Assembly (NCBI GenBank): GCA_030390025.1
Contig: CM059432.1
Coordinates: forward strand, 31,622,001-31,686,000
Origin: Squalus acanthias
Taxonomy: Eukaryota
Length of the DNA stretch: 64,000 nt
Direction of reading: 5' to 3'
Within the stretch, counting starts at the first letter, position 1; each line of letters starts with the position of its first letter. The notes beneath the pieces are model-generated. The model saw only the letters and a list, made by a program, of their open reading frames with translations, was not told the origin of the DNA and did not search any database. The translations under genes were made by a program, and so were the position numbers. Positions 60,712 to 64,000 of this stretch are shown here, in pieces.

Positions 60712-63640
60712 AACAACAACAACAACAAATTGTAATTATATAGCGCCTTTAACATAGTAAAACGTCCCAAGGCGCTGCACAGGAGTATTTTAAGACAAAA
60801 AATTTGACACCAATCCACATAAGGATAATTAGGGCAGGTGACCAAAAGCTTGGTCAAAGAGGTAGGTTTTAAGGAGCATCTTAAAGGAGGAAAGAGAGGT
60901 AACGAGGCGGACAGGTTTAGGCAGGGAATTCCAGAGCTTAGGGCCTAGGCAACAGAAGGCACGGCCACCAATGGTTGAGCGATTATAATCAGGGATGCTC
61001 AAGAGGGCAGAATTAGAGGAGCACAGATATCTCGGGGGGTTGTGGGGCTGAAGGAGATTACAGAGATAGGAAGGGGCGAGGCCATGGAGAGATTTGAAAA
61101 CAAGGATGAGAATTTTGAAATCGAGGCGCTGCTTAACCGGGAGCCAATGTAGGTCAGCGAGCACAGGGGTGATGGGTGAATGGGACTTGGTGCAAGTTAG
61201 GACAAAGGCAGCCGAGTTTTGGATGACCTCAGGTTTACGTAAGGTGGAATGTGGGAGGCCTGCCGGGAGTGCATTGGAATAGTCAAGGCTAGATGTAACA
61301 AAGGCACTGATGAGGGTTTCAGCAGCAGATGAGCTGAGGCAAGGGCAGAGACGGGCGATGTTACGGAGGTGGAATTAGGCGGTCTTTGTTATGCTGTGGA
61401 TATGTGGCCGGAAGCTCATTTCAGGGTCAAATATGACACCAAGGTTGCGAACAGTGTGGTTCAGCCTCAGACAGATGTTAGGGAGAGGGATGGAGTCAGT
61501 GGCTAGGGAACGGAGTTTGTGGCGGGGACTGAAAACAATGGCTTTGGTCTTCCCAATATTTAATTGGAGAAAATTTTTGCTCATCCAGAACTGTATGTCG
61601 GACAAGCAGTCTGACAATTTAGACACCGTGGAGGGGTCGAGAGAAGTGGTGGTGAGGTAGACCTGGGTATCATCAGCGTACATGTGGAAACTGATGCTGT
61701 GTTTTCGGATGATGTCACCAAGGGGCAACATGTAGATGAGAAATAGGATGGTGCCAAGGATAGATCCTTGGGGGACACCAGAGGTAATGATGCGGGAGCG
61801 GGAAGAGAAGCTGTTGCAGGTGATTCTCTGGTTATGATTAGATAAATAAGAATGGAACCAGGTGAGTGCAGTCCCACCCAGCTGGACGACGGTGGAGAGG
61901 CGTTGGAGAAGGATGGATTGGTCAACCGTGTCAAAGGCTGCAGACAAGTCAAGAAGGACGAGGAGGGATAGTTTACCTTTGTCACAGTCACAAAGGATGT
62001 CATTTGTGACTTTGATGAGGGCCGTTTCGGTACTGTGGCAAGGGCGGACACCTGATTGGAGGGATTCAAACATGCAAAGTTAAAGCACATGGGATTGGGC
62101 ATAAGGTACTGATTTGGATAGAGAACTTGTTGGCAGACAGGAAGCAAAGAGTTGGAATAAACGGGTCTTTTTCCGAGTGGCAGGCAGTGACTAGTGGGGT
62201 ACCGCAGGGATCGGTGCTAGGACCCCAGCTATTCACAATATATATTAATGATCTAGACGAGGGAACTAGATGAAATATCTCCAAGTTTGCAGACAACACA
62301 AAGCTGGGTGGGCGTGTGTGCTGTGAGGAGGATGCAGAGAAACTCCAGTATGATTTGGACAGGTTGGGTGATTGGGCAGATGCATGGCAGATGCCGTATA
62401 ATGTGGATAAATGCGAGGTTATCCACTTTGGTGGCAAAAACAGGAAGACAGATTATTATCTGAATGGCAATAGATTGGGAAAAGGGGAAGTGCAACGAGA
62501 CCTGGGTGTCCTTGTGCACCAGTCGCTGAAGGTAAGCATGCAGGTGCAGCAGGCGGTTAAGAAGGCAAATGGTATGTTGGCCTTCATAGCGAGAGGATTC
62601 TAGTACAGGAGCAAGGATGGCTTGCTGCAGTTGTACAGGGCCTTGGTGAGACCACACCTTGAGTATTGTGTGCAGTTTTGGTCGCCTTATCTGAGGAAGG
62701 ATGTTCTTGCCATGGAGGGAGTGCAGCGAAGATTCACCAGATTGATACCTGGGATGGCAGGAATGATGTATGAAGAGAGATTGGGTCGATTAGGCTTATA
62801 TTCACTAGAGTTTAGAAGAATGAGAGGGGATCTCATTGAAACTTATAAAATTCTAACAGGACTAGACAGACTAGATGCAGGAAGGATGTTCCCGATGGCA
62901 GGTGAGTCCAGAACCAGGGGTCACAGTCTAAGGATAAGGGGTAAGCCATTTAGGACTGAGATGAGGAGGAATTTCTTCACCCAGAGAGTGGTGAACCTGT
63001 GGAATTCTCTACCACAGAAGGCAGTTGAGGCCAATTCATTAAATATATTCAAGAAGGAGTTAGATATATTTCTTAAGGGAGAAGTCGCACAACACCGGCA
63101 TCTCCGCATCATATTTCTTAAGGCTAAAGGGATCAAGGGATATGGGGAGAAAGCAGGGACAGGGTACTGAATTTGGGTGATCAGCCATGATCTCATTAAA
63201 TGGCGGAACAGGCTTGAGGGGCCGAATGGCATACTCCTGCTCCTATCTTCTATGTTTCTATGGGATTGCAGGAAAGATAGGCACGGATTTGGGAGGCAAC
63301 AACACATTCAAGGACTTTGGAGAGGAAAGGGAGGTTGCAGATGGGGCGGTAGTTTGCAAGGACGGAGGGATCAAGGTTTGTTTTTTTGAGGAGAGGGGTG
63401 ATAACGGCAGATTCGAGGGAGAGGGGGACAGTACCTGAGGAGAGAGAACCGTTAACAATATCAGCTAACATGGGAGCCAGAAAAGGAAGTTGGGTGGTCA
63501 GCACTTTGGTGGGAATAGGGTCGAGGGAGCAGGAGGTGGGTCTCATAGACAAGATGAGCTCAGAGAGATCATGAGGGGAGATCGGAGAGAAACTGGAGAA
63601 AGATGTGAGTTCAGGGCTAGGGCAGTGGGGGAACTTTAGA
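60712..63640 (-). mobile_element. L2 LINE RT and 3' end, split by CR1 at about 62076-63261
   Basis: ORFs 61375-62073 (HSTETAL, LDLSAAFDTVD, GVPQGS, YADD), 60829-61164, 63250-63552 (NYRPICNLPFLSKVLE). (caa)n tail. Confidence 0.94.
62076..63261 (+). mobile_element. 5'-truncated CR1, same young subfamily as 13281-15137
   Basis: Near-identical to 13991-15137, with a ctatgtttctatg tail. Confidence 0.94.
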
Positions 63641-64000
63641 GGAAATAGCTAAGGATGAAACTGACTAAGATCTGGAGGTCTTCATAGACTCTAGGTTCAA
63701 TATTTCCAATCAGTGCTGAGCAGCACATCAACAAAATCAGCCATGATCTAACCGAATAGCAGAAGGGGCAAAATGGCCAACTCTTGTTCCTATGTAACAA
63801 AGCAAATTGAATTCTGAACTACATAGCTAAAACAATAAGTAGTCCGAGGAAGTCATGGTCAACCTGTATAGTGCTCTGGTCAGACCAAAATCTCGAGTGA
63901 TATGCCCAGATCTGATCCAAGACACAACGAAGGCATTCAAACACTCGAGGAAATTAAGGAGACGACGATGACAACTTGTATTTATATAGCGCCTATAACG

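Overview
Vertebrate genomic DNA, mostly transposon-derived. The repeat mix (CR1/HER1-type and L2 LINEs, HE1-type V-SINE, SacSINE1-type DeuSINE, Penelope, PIF/Harbinger, Mag-like Gypsy) suggests a cartilaginous fish (shark); this is inference from recalled family sequences. Main items: (1) a complete two-gene PIF/Harbinger transposon (12856-18950; DDE transposase on -, spliced Myb/SANT gene on +) nested in one CR1 and hit by a younger CR1, plus two MITE derivatives. All three insertions share an orientation-specific target AGACA(C/A)-ANA-G rather than the usual TAA/TTA. (2) A Penelope GIY-YIG fragment and three short fold-back Penelope insertions with 11-12 bp TSDs, all carrying a minimal hammerhead ribozyme motif. 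(3) A decayed Gypsy element with a tRNA-Ser PBS, a solo LTR inside it, and deep nesting. (4) An 88-bp inverted templated insertion copied from about 5.2 kb away. (5) A repeat-poor island at about 33.8-34.9 kb that looks like the promoter and first coding exon of an unidentified minus-strand host gene. No rRNA, true tRNA gene or CRISPR array was seen. Boundaries of old repeats are approximate.
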